From positions 1-59,676 of the forward strand of contig JAPKXQ010000082.1 in the NCBI GenBank assembly GCA_026394765.1: a stretch of 59,676 nucleotides of DNA, written 5' to 3'. The notes beneath the pieces were generated by a model. The model was not told the origin of the DNA and searched no databases. It saw nothing but the letters and a program-made list of their open reading frames with translations. The stretch comes from Methanomicrobiales archaeon (GTDB taxonomy: Archaea; Halobacteriota; Methanomicrobia; Methanomicrobiales; Methanospirillaceae). A program made the position numbers and the translations under genes. Positions 29,890 through 39,551 of the stretch are shown here, piece by piece (position 1 is the stretch's first letter; the number at the start of each line of letters is the position of its first letter).

Positions 29890-31541
29890 AAATGGTAGAA
29901 CTGCTCCAGGGGTGTTGCTCCCACCAGGGCCCTGATCTCATGGAGCGACGAGAACGGGCGCTTGACTGCTACAATCCCTGAACCACGCTTCCCAATCCCA
30001 GGGACCCAACGGAGTGCACTGATAGGGAGTGTATTGATCTCGATAGGTACAGGGAGTCCTGTCACCGATCTGCTCCCCCATGCTACGACCACGACGTCAG
30101 TGACACTCCCGGGGAAGAGGGAGAGTGGAATGCCTACCAGGAGAGGGTACGAACCCATCTGTCTCCCTAGTGAGAGCTGACCTGCGAGAGAGATCACGAC
30201 ATCAGAGAGGACGGTCCCCTGGGGAGCGACCTTTTGGATCATGGGGTGATCGATCTGCGCTCTTACAAACTCCTTGAAGCGTCGGAACCTCGCGTCGTGT
30301 AACCCGAGGGTATTATCATCAAATGCTGGGGTGTCTGGAAAAGGCATCAGCTGGCGGATATTGATCCGCCGAACAAGGAGGCCGGAATCGAGGATGTCCT
30401 TCAAGAAGGCTTCGTTGCGGTCATAGGTCAGGGCTGTCTCCCCAGACAGTCCACAGACAAAATTGAGGCCCGGGAGGATCTCAGGGAGGCCCCCATGCCG
30501 TACCGCACCAACCTCGTTGATCACCATAATGGCGCTCCTCACCTGATCGGGAGATGCCTTGAGGTTGTTGGCCGCGACCACCTCAGGGTCTGCGGTCTCC
30601 ATACCAAGGGCAGCAACGTCACCGGCGGTGTGGTGGGAAATGATGGCGCAAAGGGCTTCACGACTCTCTTCCGGGTGCCGGGCGATTGTCCCGGGATTGA
30701 CGTTGTCGATATGGAGTGTCGCCAGCGAGGGGGCGGCCTCCCGGACCCCTGCAAAAAGGTCCCAGATCGTATCCGGTCTCGGAACGGGATATTCACCCCC
30801 CGCAGTCCCGTAAACCAGCAGGTCGGGCTGCATCCCGAGCCTGAAGTGGCGGGCTCCATGCGCGGACAGGGCTGCCACCTCTGATGTGATTGCAGCAATA
30901 GTCCGGTACCTGGGCGACCCATGACGCGGCTCGGTACAGAATGAACAGCCACCTGATATCGACCTGGGACATCCCCTCCCGGTCTCTACCTCGCAGACCA
31001 CAAAGGGAAAGTTGGGGTGGCGGGTGACAACTCCGCTCCCAATTACAACCCAGCGGTCGGTGTCGCGGTAGGAAGCTAGGACTGGGGGGTCGCCTGGGGC
31101 GAGAAGTCCGTCCAGGAAGGCGTTGAGGGCTTCAGCAGGAGGCCCGGGGAGGAGGGCATCGTATCCCGATATTGCCCGTGAGACTGCTGCAGTTCCTCCC
31201 CCGGGAGAGTACCCCATCCCAATCGGACCTCCGACCAGCTTCACCGGGCCATGGACCGCGCCCCCCACCTGCTGGACCTCGGTGAGAGATGCAGGAGTCC
31301 CGCCGAGGTACTTCCCTGGAACCGTAACCCCGGCGATCATGACAAAGAGGGAGGCATCATGGAAAGTGCCGATAAGGAGAGGTCTCTTTCTCACCTGGTC
31401 GATAGTGTGGTAGTCGGGTACGTATCCACGCTCGGACAGGACACCTGCGATGGCCCGAATGTAGGGTGAGATATACGGGGGGACCCCAAGGCACGTCGGC
31501 TCATCGACGTAACCGTCAAGGATGACTGCGCTTAGGGCCAT
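29886..31541 (-). CDS. radical SAM protein with TRAM-like and helix-hairpin-helix C-terminus (COG1031-like)
   Basis: DGYVDEP..LGVPPY; ETGRGCPRSISGGCSFC; GRQMGSYPLLVG; INT...L..VPGIGKR HhH. Confidence 0.85.
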   Translation of the reverse strand: MALSAVILDGYVDEPTCLGVPPYISPYIRAIAGVLSERGYVPDYHTIDQVRKRPLLIGTFHDASLFVMIAGVTVPGKYLGGTPASLTEVQQVGGAVHGPVKLVGGPIGMGYSPGGGTAAVSRAISGYDALLPGPPAEALNAFLDGLLAPGDPPVLASYRDTDRWVVIGSGVVTRHPNFPFVVCEVETGRGCPRSISGGCSFCTEPRHGSPRYRTIAAITSEVAALSAHGARHFRLGMQPDLLVYGTAGGEYPVPRPDTIWDLFAGVREAAPSLATLHIDNVNPGTIARHPEESREALCAIISHHTAGDVAALGMETADPEVVAANNLKASPDQVRSAIMVINEVGAVRHGGLPEILPGLNFVCGLSGETALTYDRNEAFLKDILDSGLLVRRINIRQLMPFPDTPAFDDNTLGLHDARFRRFKEFVRAQIDHPMIQKVAPQGTVLSDVVISLAGQLSLGRQMGSYPLLVGIPLSLFPGSVTDVVVVAWGSRSVTGLPVPIEINTLPISALRWVPGIGKRGSGIVAVKRPFSSLHEIRALVGATPLEQFYHF

Positions 31542-32151
31542 GTCCGGTCAGGGAGAGGAGCCACCCTGCCCACATCAGCTTGCCATGCTTTACAGGGTCG
31601 ACATCAGGGTCATCCAGGTCAAAGCCCACGAGTCTGATCGACCTTGCTGATAGGGAATCGGCAGCGAAGATCGCGCGGTCGCCATCTGTGAACCCCCCAA
31701 AGTTGTGGACATGCGGGAGAGGTGACGCCTGCGTTGTGGCTACGAATGGTCCTAAAAATTTCGGGAGCCAGTATCTGATGAGGGGGATATTGTCCCCATG
31801 CGCGTGGACGACCATAATTGTCCCCCCCTCATTCATCATCAGAAAGCGGTCTGTAGCCCCGTCCAGGTCGGTGAAGACCACGGCAGGGCGGACGCCGTGG
31901 TGATCGAGGACATCAGCAGCACCATCGGCGGCAAGAACGATCCCCCGGACAGTGTCGAGGTCGCGCGTGAGGGTGGGTGCGTTCCCGCAGACCGTGACCT
32001 CCTGCCCCTGAAGAGTCTGTATGAGGAGTGAGAGGTCGTCGCGCACTGCGAGCGCGGCAATAACTCTCGCTGCCTCTTCGTCCATCTCTCTATCAAAGCC
32101 AAAATATGCAAGGATCTCCAGGTAATGGGGCTCCCACTCTTCAAATCTCAT
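31516..32151 (-). CDS. mptE: 6-hydroxymethyl-7,8-dihydropterin pyrophosphokinase MptE-like
   Basis: WEPHY..I, AADGA, TDLDG, VHAHGDN, NFGGFTDGDRA. Confidence 0.85.
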   Translation of the reverse strand: MRFEEWEPHYLEILAYFGFDREMDEEAARVIAALAVRDDLSLLIQTLQGQEVTVCGNAPTLTRDLDTVRGIVLAADGAADVLDHHGVRPAVVFTDLDGATDRFLMMNEGGTIMVVHAHGDNIPLIRYWLPKFLGPFVATTQASPLPHVHNFGGFTDGDRAIFAADSLSARSIRLVGFDLDDPDVDPVKHGKLMWAGWLLSLTGHGPKRSHP

Positions 32152-33607
32152 CCTTTCCACCCTCTTCAAGCCCAACAATCGTGGAGAACCGACTTATTAT
32201 GGGCCCGATGACGAGGTCGAGGAGGTCTTCCTTCTCAGCGACACAGGAGAAGATCGCAAGCGGTATGGCTGCGGCGGCCATGTTGGGGTGACCACCCGCG
32301 TCACCGATCTCACCATATGCTTCGGAGAGAACGTTGCCGATATGGAGCCGTACATCGCGGTTTCGAACCGACATGATGATGGTATCATCACTGATGCCAT
32401 AGACTAGGGCAGTGTTCACACCCTCCAGAGAGATGAGAAGGTCTGCAGCCTGGGGGAGTGCATCGCGATTCCGGACGTACCCCACATTTGAGAAGAGATA
32501 GCCGCTCCTGATCTTCCTGTTCCTGATAGCCAGTCCCAGGACGTCGAGGGTCTCCATAGAGAGGGAGGGCGAGGTTATCTTCTCTGTGAGGTCCGGGTCA
32601 GTGAGGGGGAGGAGGAACGAGGCATTTGCGAGGTCCTGGGGGGTTACGTTGCGGCGGAACTCCCGGGTGTCTGACCTTATCCCATAAAGGAGCGCGGTTG
32701 CGACATCGCGGCCGATAGGGATGTCAAGTTCCTTCAGGTACTGGGTGAGGATGCTGGCCGTCGCCCCAACGCCTGACCTGATATCCGTAAATCCCGCAGT
32801 CTGCCCTGCATGGGTCGTTTCGCCATGATGGTCGATGATGATACTCACACGATCAGTGGAGCGCAGAGGGTTATTCACTCCCGGGGCAGGGCTGTCTACC
32901 AGGGCGAGGTAGTTACACCCGGCGAGTGCCTGCGGGGTGATTCGGTCCATCCTTATGTCGAGGAGGTTGACAAGGGTGCGGTTCTCCTGGTGACCGATGA
33001 CGCCGTCATAGAGGATCTTTGTCGAGAGCCGCTTCCCGTTCGCTTCATGGGTTATGGCCGCCAGGGCGAGAGCACTCGCGATAGCGTCCGGGTCAGGGTT
33101 GTTGTGGGTGACGATCCCAAGACATCCATCCCAACTGGAGAGCAGGGTAAAAAGCCGGCGCGCGATCCGGTTTGCATGGATAGCTGCCATCTGTGTGACC
33201 GCGGCCTTGGCATAGACCAGGGGTGGGGAGAGGATGAGGTCTGCCCCTTCGCGGTCTGCCTCATCCCCGGCTATCGGGTCTTCAGCTCTGACCGCGACCT
33301 CAGGCCGTGGTTTGCGCGAGAGGATCGTCTTTAAGGCAGATACATTGACCATGTTGTCCTGGGTGAGGATGAATGCGATGGCAAATGGAGGTATCCCTTC
33401 AAGGAACCCGGGATGGGTGATGTCTCGGACAAATGCCTCGACATGCTGATCGCGCAGCTCCCTGACGCGGTCTTCACTGTTGTCGATGATGATAACACCG
33501 CCCGGATCGTGTGCAATCTCCCTAAGAAGATGAGAACCGTACCTCCCACACCCGAGGATGGCGTACTTGACCGTCCCTGGTGTCACCTCGCCCTCAGGCG
33601 TGCTCAT
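32141..33607 (-). CDS. DHH/DHHA1 phosphoesterase with N-terminal TrkA-N (RCK) domain
   Basis: ILGCGRYG Rossmann motif; HNNPDPDA, IIDHH, GIRSDT, GGH. Confidence 0.9.
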   Translation of the reverse strand: MSTPEGEVTPGTVKYAILGCGRYGSHLLREIAHDPGGVIIIDNSEDRVRELRDQHVEAFVRDITHPGFLEGIPPFAIAFILTQDNMVNVSALKTILSRKPRPEVAVRAEDPIAGDEADREGADLILSPPLVYAKAAVTQMAAIHANRIARRLFTLLSSWDGCLGIVTHNNPDPDAIASALALAAITHEANGKRLSTKILYDGVIGHQENRTLVNLLDIRMDRITPQALAGCNYLALVDSPAPGVNNPLRSTDRVSIIIDHHGETTHAGQTAGFTDIRSGVGATASILTQYLKELDIPIGRDVATALLYGIRSDTREFRRNVTPQDLANASFLLPLTDPDLTEKITSPSLSMETLDVLGLAIRNRKIRSGYLFSNVGYVRNRDALPQAADLLISLEGVNTALVYGISDDTIIMSVRNRDVRLHIGNVLSEAYGEIGDAGGHPNMAAAAIPLAIFSCVAEKEDLLDLVIGPIISRFSTIVGLEEGGKDEI

Positions 33608-33720
33608 AGACTATCTGGTGACATTCAGCGGAATTTATAGGTGCAGGGTTCCTATCCTGGTAGAGGGGGCGGGTAGAAAGGTTTATTTCTCTCGATATGT
33701 CAAGAGATATGGATATTTCA

Positions 33721-33794
33721 GGGCTTGTAGCTTAGTTCGGTAGAGCGACGGACTCTTAATCCGTAGGTCAAGGGTTCAAATCCCTTCAGGCCCG
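33721..33794 (+). tRNA. tRNA-Lys (CTT)
   Basis: Acceptor GGGCTTG/CAGGCCC, anticodon arm ACGGA-CTCTTAA-TCCGT, T-arm AAGGG-TTCAAAT-CCCTT. Confidence 0.96.
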
Positions 33795-33937
33795 CTGCAT
33801 ATAAGAACAACGGTTTTTCCCATTCATCTGAAAGGCACTCTTCTTCGAGGTTTATTGCTGCACGATACAGTTCAAGTTTCTGTCCATCCCTACAATGGTG
33901 CAGGAATCTAATGATAAAAAAGGCGTTTGGAGGGTGA

Positions 33938-34303
33938 TCAGCGTGGGGTCGGAGCAGAGCAGGAGAGGGTATACTCGCCTGATCCCCATATATCCCGCAC
34001 TTCGATCTGTAATTTCCGTCCTTTATAAGCATAGATCCTGAGTCGTTCTTTTGTAGTCTTGCCCTGGGCAGAGTACCACTTTTTGGTCCAGGTATCATAG
34101 ATGAAGAGGTTGAAGTCCCCATAGGACGGCCCATAGAGGTTGAATGTGTACCATCCGGATGCAGGAGGAATGTATTTCCAGACATCGATCTGACCGATGC
34201 TCAAGTCTCCTCGCACAACCCAGGCGCTTGCGACCTGGGCTGACGCGAGAAGGAGGATTACACAGAGGAGGACCCGGAGGCAGAGAGAAGTGGTTTTTTT
34301 CAT
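33938..34303 (-). CDS. small secreted beta-rich protein (PPC-domain-like)
   Basis: MKK plus hydrophobic core plus ASA cleavage; YTFNLYGP..GDFNLFIYD...E.L...IEV...GSGEYTL. Confidence 0.65.
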   Translation of the reverse strand: MKKTTSLCLRVLLCVILLLASAQVASAWVVRGDLSIGQIDVWKYIPPASGWYTFNLYGPSYGDFNLFIYDTWTKKWYSAQGKTTKERLRIYAYKGRKLQIEVRDIWGSGEYTLSCSAPTPR

Positions 34304-34421
34304 CGCAGTGTCACACCTTTCCGTTTTAAGGCATGAGATTCTTGCACTGTCATCTGAAGAACCTTTCGAGATTCGTGTCTGGAAGAGTAAAATAAGGAGA
34401 GTTGAAATTACAAATAGTTTA

Positions 34422-35330
34422 TTAAGTTGGAGTGCCCTGCTCCTCGATCTGTACAAGCATCTCTTCAAGACTGGGATAATGGGAGGTGATGCGTGCCACC
34501 TCACCACCTGCTGATGAGACTGATTCTGTCACCCGGTTGAGTGTAGAGATATCCTTTGCATCAACTACGTACCCACCATCATCCAGGACTGCATCGCCGA
34601 TCACATCAGGCCCTGTGCCAGTAGGTAAGGAGAAATGGACAGAGTAGCGGACTGAGCCGAACTGCTCCCTCAACTCTGGCATTGTCCCCTCCGCTATCAC
34701 CCGTCCTCTCCGAAGGATCATCACCCGGGAGCAGAGTGCCTCGACCTGGTAGAGGTTATGGGCACTCATAACCACAGTCTTGCCATTATCTTTCAGGCGA
34801 CGGAGAAATTCCATTATGTAGCGCGAGGTCATCGGGTCTAGCCCAGATGTCGCTTCATCATAGACAAGGATCCCGGGGTCATGGATGAGAGAGCGTGCAA
34901 GGGCGACTTTTCGTTTCATTCCTTTCGAGAACTCACCCAGCCGTTTTGTCCCGGGGTCGAGTGCGAGATCTCCCATGAGCTGGACTGATCGCTCCCTGAC
35001 GGTCTTTCTGTCGATCCCATAGCACTCACCAAAGAATGCGAGGTAGTCCCATACCGTCATCGTCTCATAAAGGCGGGACTCCTCAGGAAGGTATCCAAGG
35101 ACCCCTTTCACGGCTCCGGCATCGGTGGTGACATCGATCCCGTTTACGCGGACCGTCCCGCTGGTAGGCGTGATAAGACCGCATATGCACTTGAGGAGCG
35201 TCGTCTTTCCTGCTCCATTATGTCCTATGATCCCGTAGATCCCACCCGGAGGATATGAGAAGCTCAGGCTGTCGATAGCGGGCACCCCACGATAGGACTT
35301 GGTGAGTGAGACGGCCTCGATCAGGGGCAA
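34422..35330 (-). CDS. ABC transporter ATP-binding protein
   Basis: GHNGAGKTT, FSKGMKRK, YDEATSGLDP, SAH. TTG start at 35330 inferred. Confidence 0.93.
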   Translation of the reverse strand: MPLIEAVSLTKSYRGVPAIDSLSFSYPPGGIYGIIGHNGAGKTTLLKCICGLITPTSGTVRVNGIDVTTDAGAVKGVLGYLPEESRLYETMTVWDYLAFFGECYGIDRKTVRERSVQLMGDLALDPGTKRLGEFSKGMKRKVALARSLIHDPGILVYDEATSGLDPMTSRYIMEFLRRLKDNGKTVVMSAHNLYQVEALCSRVMILRRGRVIAEGTMPELREQFGSVRYSVHFSLPTGTGPDVIGDAVLDDGGYVVDAKDISTLNRVTESVSSAGGEVARITSHYPSLEEMLVQIEEQGTPT

Positions 35331-35411
35331 AACTCCGTGCTTCGAAACCTCTACCTGCAGGGTATTATACCTGCTGCACGTACCAAATTCAAAGATTTGG
35401 GGCTCTGGTTC

Positions 35412-37220
35412 ATGGGATGCGCACGCGATCTCCTCCTCATCGCGCGCTGGGAGGTAAAGAGGGCTGCAGGGACGATGACCAGAGACATCCTCCCCCTCGC
35501 AGTCGTCCTTTTCATCCTCCTTGTTCTGGTGACGGGGTTCTCTGCAACGAGGGGGATCCACCTCCAGGACGGGATGTACCGGGCAGGTATCGACGACCCG
35601 GCCCTCATGGCGGTCATTGGTAGCGACAGCCGTTTCGTGGTCGATCTGTCAGACCCAGCCTACCTGACTACGCACATGGTTGATTATGACCTCGTCATCA
35701 TCGCCGGAAGGGCAACAGGGACCAGAACTGACCGGAGCCGGGCCGCACTCCTCACCTTAAAGCGGGACTATGACAGGTACAGCAACCTCTTCTATGCACG
35801 CCAGCAGGACCTTTTTGCAGCCTATCCCCTCTGGGTCGACCTCCAGGAGGTAAAGAGCGAGCTCTCGTTCCTCGCGACCCAGCAGGGTGAGCGGGCAGCC
35901 TCCCTGACGCCCTCTGATGAGCCCCCGGTCCCAGAGGTCGCAGTAGAGATCCTCCCTGATCCCCCCTCGGCAATCGGGATATCAGAAGAGTCCCTGCGTG
36001 AGGGCTTGACTGAAGCTGCAGGGCAGGACTCCCAGATTGCACGCTATACCGATGTCATCGGCCCCGGCTCGTCGCTCGGCACGTTCCGGACCCCGTCTCA
36101 GCTCTCCCCACCCCTTCCCTTTGATTCCATAGTCCTGATATTCGTCTTCATCTTCCCCCTCTACTTCACCTCCCAGTTTTACATGATGAGCATCATGCAC
36201 GAGCGTATCGGGAGGCAGGGTGAACCGCTCCTGACCACCCCCATCTCTCCATCGGCAATTGTCCTTGGAAAGGCGCTCCCATACCTGGTGGGGATGATAG
36301 CGATATCAGCCGGCATCGCGGCCTGGATCCAGACTCCGCCGATAGTCCTCCTCCCCCTCATCCCGGTAATCCTCTTTTTTTTAGGAAATGCCCTCCTGAT
36401 CGGGATGGTCGCAAGGAGCTTCAAGGAACTCTCCTTCCTCTCCATCTTCTTCTCAACGATCGCCACTTCATACCTCTTCTTTCCCTCTGTCTTTGCCAAT
36501 GTCCATGTAGTCTCCCTGGTCTCGCCCCTCACCCTGATTGTGCTCACACTCCAGGGGACCCCATTCACGCCCTCTGAGTACCTCTTCTCAACATCGCTCT
36601 TCTTCCTGACCAGCCTGGTCCTCTTCTACACAGGGGTGAAGAATTACCATGAAGAGCGCCTCTTCTCACAAGTCCGCCTCATCCCCAAGATTCGGGAGGT
36701 GGTCTCTGGAATTATCCCGTTGGCCCACCCCTATGCAGCTCTCTTCCTTATCGCAGCACTCACCATCCCCTTTGTCTTCATGGTCCAGCTGATGCTCCTC
36801 GTGGTCCTCTTCAACCTCCCTATGCCGCTCTCTCTCCTCCTCCTCCTTATTGCTGGCGCACTGGTGGAGGAAGTGGCAAAGTCTATAGGAATAGTCACCC
36901 TGATCTCCGAGTCAAGGGAAAAGCTCCCATGGCGAAGCGTGGTATTCGGTGCAGGTGCGACCGCTGTCGGGTTCCTCCTTGGCGAGAAGCTCCTCCTCTT
37001 TGCAACCCTCTCCCAGATCAGCGAGTCGATCTTTGGGTCCGTCCTGTTCCTCTCGCTTGGAGCGCTCTGGCCCCCCCTCATCCTCCATTTCGTCTGTGTC
37101 CTGGTGGTTGCTGCGGTAGTCCGGGCAAAGGGCATCTCCTGGTATGTCCCGGGGATCATCCTCGCGACCGCAGTACACTGCCTCTATAACCTCACCTTCG
37201 TGCTGGGGTGGCTCAAATGA
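35412..37220 (+). CDS. ABC-2 permease fused to a PrsW-like intramembrane protease domain
   Basis: IARWE..TM, SIMHER...LLTTP...LGK permease signature; C-terminal EEVAK, GF..GEK, H, HCLYN. Confidence 0.8.
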   Translation: MGCARDLLLIARWEVKRAAGTMTRDILPLAVVLFILLVLVTGFSATRGIHLQDGMYRAGIDDPALMAVIGSDSRFVVDLSDPAYLTTHMVDYDLVIIAGRATGTRTDRSRAALLTLKRDYDRYSNLFYARQQDLFAAYPLWVDLQEVKSELSFLATQQGERAASLTPSDEPPVPEVAVEILPDPPSAIGISEESLREGLTEAAGQDSQIARYTDVIGPGSSLGTFRTPSQLSPPLPFDSIVLIFVFIFPLYFTSQFYMMSIMHERIGRQGEPLLTTPISPSAIVLGKALPYLVGMIAISAGIAAWIQTPPIVLLPLIPVILFFLGNALLIGMVARSFKELSFLSIFFSTIATSYLFFPSVFANVHVVSLVSPLTLIVLTLQGTPFTPSEYLFSTSLFFLTSLVLFYTGVKNYHEERLFSQVRLIPKIREVVSGIIPLAHPYAALFLIAALTIPFVFMVQLMLLVVLFNLPMPLSLLLLLIAGALVEEVAKSIGIVTLISESREKLPWRSVVFGAGATAVGFLLGEKLLLFATLSQISESIFGSVLFLSLGALWPPLILHFVCVLVVAAVVRAKGISWYVPGIILATAVHCLYNLTFVLGWLK

Positions 37221-38296
37221 AAGGTTCGAATATCAAAACGATAGCAAAAAAAGACCTCGCCAGCCTTGCATCAGAGCGAACGATCGTCCTTGCAATTGCC
37301 CTTCAGCTCTTTGTAGCCATCTTCTCCTCATTTCTTATGGTCGGCCTCACCTCCATCTATGACCCCTCTTCTCTCTCCCATATAGGGGGGGTGCAGTATC
37401 CGGTCGCGTATTGTGGAAATGATAGTCCACTCCGCACATACCTCAACGAGAGCACTGATTTTCACCTTTACCAGATGGACCTCTCTACCGCAGTTGCTGC
37501 ACTAAAAGAGCGCAAGCTCTCAGCGGTCATATTCGTATCAGAGACGCTCCCAAACGATAAAGACCCGGTGAAAGTCACCCTTTACACCATTAAAAACGAC
37601 ATCCAGGCCTCAATTGTCCAGGTGAAGTTAAAGGACATCCTGATCTCCTATGAGACAGATCTCCGCAGGGTCCGTGCATCCCGCCTGGATCAGACGCCAG
37701 TCCCCCTCACGATGCCACATACCAGGTCAGGGAGTACGTTCTATGAGTTCCTCTATGGCCTCCTCATTCCTCTTCTGGTGTTCATGCCAGCCATTGTCTC
37801 TGCGGCACTGGTGATCGACTTCATCACTGAGGAGTACCAGCAGGGGACCCTAGAAGTCCTCCTCACAACACCAGTCTCCAGGGCCGAGGTCGTGTGGGGA
37901 AAGGTCCTCGCATGCACCGTGCTGGTCCCGGTGCAGGCCGGGGCCTGGCTCCTCCTCCTGATGGTGAACCGGATTCCAATCCTCAACGCGCCTTTGATAC
38001 TCATTCATGCAACTGCGTATGCCCTTGTGCTCATTCTTATCGCTGCCTTCTGCGCGCTTCACTACCGTGAGCGTACAGCCGCCCAGTTCATTTACTCAAC
38101 CGCCATCGTAGTCCTTCTGCTATTCTCACTTGCGTTTCCAGAAAATCCATTAAACGCCCTTGTCAGGCTCGCGACCGGGTCTGCAGGCCCGGGACAATGG
38201 GTCCTCCTCGGCCTTTCCCTCGCATGTATCGCACTCATGAGCACTGTGCTCACGTGGTACGCAGAATTGGCGGTTGGAGAGGCAGGAGGGAGGTGA
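37217..38296 (+). CDS. ABC-2 type permease
   Basis: IAKKDL, ITEEYQQGTLEVLLTTPVS..EVVWGK; ATGA overlap with the upstream gene. Confidence 0.88.
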   Translation: MKGSNIKTIAKKDLASLASERTIVLAIALQLFVAIFSSFLMVGLTSIYDPSSLSHIGGVQYPVAYCGNDSPLRTYLNESTDFHLYQMDLSTAVAALKERKLSAVIFVSETLPNDKDPVKVTLYTIKNDIQASIVQVKLKDILISYETDLRRVRASRLDQTPVPLTMPHTRSGSTFYEFLYGLLIPLLVFMPAIVSAALVIDFITEEYQQGTLEVLLTTPVSRAEVVWGKVLACTVLVPVQAGAWLLLLMVNRIPILNAPLILIHATAYALVLILIAAFCALHYRERTAAQFIYSTAIVVLLLFSLAFPENPLNALVRLATGSAGPGQWVLLGLSLACIALMSTVLTWYAELAVGEAGGR

Positions 38297-38333
38297 CATT
38301 CAGCCCAAAAGAGAAGAGCATGATGCGATATGC

Positions 38334-38696
38334 ATGGATCGTAATCGGTTCCATTTCCTGAAAGATGAGTGCCCGGACGTATTCTCCGCCTTTAATGGAA
38401 CGCATTGACATTGAGTGCGTGGTATGAAAGCCCTGATCCCCGGACCCGCCAGCTGGTTAATATCGCGATTCAGACCGCAACCGCGAAACCCCAGTGGCGT
38501 GTTCTTCAATGCCGCGCTGGCCGCGCACCAAAGGTGCTACACAGGGGGGAAAGTGATTGGGGGCAGTATTTCCAGAACCCTCCATCTCTTTGAGATTTCA
38601 ACCGTGCCTGAATGTCTCCCTGCGGCGATAAAAGGAATTGAAGAGGAAACGCAGTGGACCGCACTGACTGGGGAGATGAGAGACCAGGGTAGTTGA
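38334..38696 (+). pseudogene. frameshifted carboxymuconolactone decarboxylase (CMD/AhpD) family remnant
   Basis: Pieces in different frames: FLKDECPDVFSAFN / DPRTRQLVNIAIQTA / RNPSGVFFNAALA / GAT..VIG.. / LHL...ECLPAAIKG. Confidence 0.7.
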
Positions 38697-38718
38697 ACCC
38701 TGGGGCTGCCGTCACTCA

Positions 38719-39294
38719 TCACTCATAGAAGCCCGGTTCAGCGAGGGTCTCGTTAAAGACCCGGTAGTACTTCCCACCCGCGAGGAGGGTGACCTCAACA
38801 CGGTCCGGTCTCCTAGTACCCTGCAGGGTGACCGAATCGCCCAGTCCAATCAGGTCAGGATTTGAGAATGGAAGCGTCTTTTCTTCGATAGTTCCATCTG
38901 AACGGGTAACTTTGACCCGTACCTCACGGATGACACCCTGTCCGAGCCCTCCCCCATATGTCACAGAGATCCCAGAATAGACCCTGTCCTTCTTGACATC
39001 GATCCCTGGTTCTATGTAATCCGGGAGGGGGTCGATTGGACCGGGTCCCAGGGAGAGAGTAGGAACAGGTGTTGGCGTACCGGAAGTGGTCGGTTGAGTG
39101 GTCGTAGGCAGGGGCAGGGTAGTGGGAAGAGGAGTGGTGGGTTGCTGAAGAGTATTTGGCGGTGTTGGAGTTGGAGGAGGACCTGATGTTCCGCTGCACC
39201 CGGCAAATGTGAGCATAACGATGAGTATCACGACTGAAAAGGACGCAAGTAGCGCGCTTCTGATAAGGAGTGGTTTGATCAGGGGGAAGTGCAT
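38719..39294 (-). CDS. Pro/Thr-rich lipoprotein
   Basis: TM ending FAGC, P/T linker, then YGGGLGQ..I..V.V.VTRSDG...DRVEV domain. Confidence 0.75.
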   Translation of the reverse strand: MHFPLIKPLLIRSALLASFSVVILIVMLTFAGCSGTSGPPPTPTPPNTLQQPTTPLPTTLPLPTTTQPTTSGTPTPVPTLSLGPGPIDPLPDYIEPGIDVKKDRVYSGISVTYGGGLGQGVIREVRVKVTRSDGTIEEKTLPFSNPDLIGLGDSVTLQGTRRPDRVEVTLLAGGKYYRVFNETLAEPGFYE

Positions 39295-39551
39295 ACATGA
39301 GATCTCTCCCTGATCGTACTTGTAGCGAACCTATTGTCAAAACAGGATCTGAACGATTGAAAGGATTGGCCTGGACATGCTATGCATGCATGGAGGTCTT
39401 ATTAGGGATCTCGCGGCCCAGTTTCCAAAATATCAATTATTTACAAGTTTTTTTAGAAAATAACGATACTATAAAGAATTTTTTGGGCGTTTGGTTTCGA
39501 TACATTCAAACATACGTGATGGTTACCAATACACCATCAGGTGCATGGGGA

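Noticed and set aside
33721..34420. tRNA-Lys as an attachment site of an island
   Set aside because: No repeated tRNA 3' end and no mobility genes follow; housekeeping-type genes resume quickly.
39060..39185. Low-complexity repeats as a tandem repeat or CRISPR
   Set aside because: They encode a Pro/Thr linker; no regularly spaced direct repeats were seen anywhere in the window.
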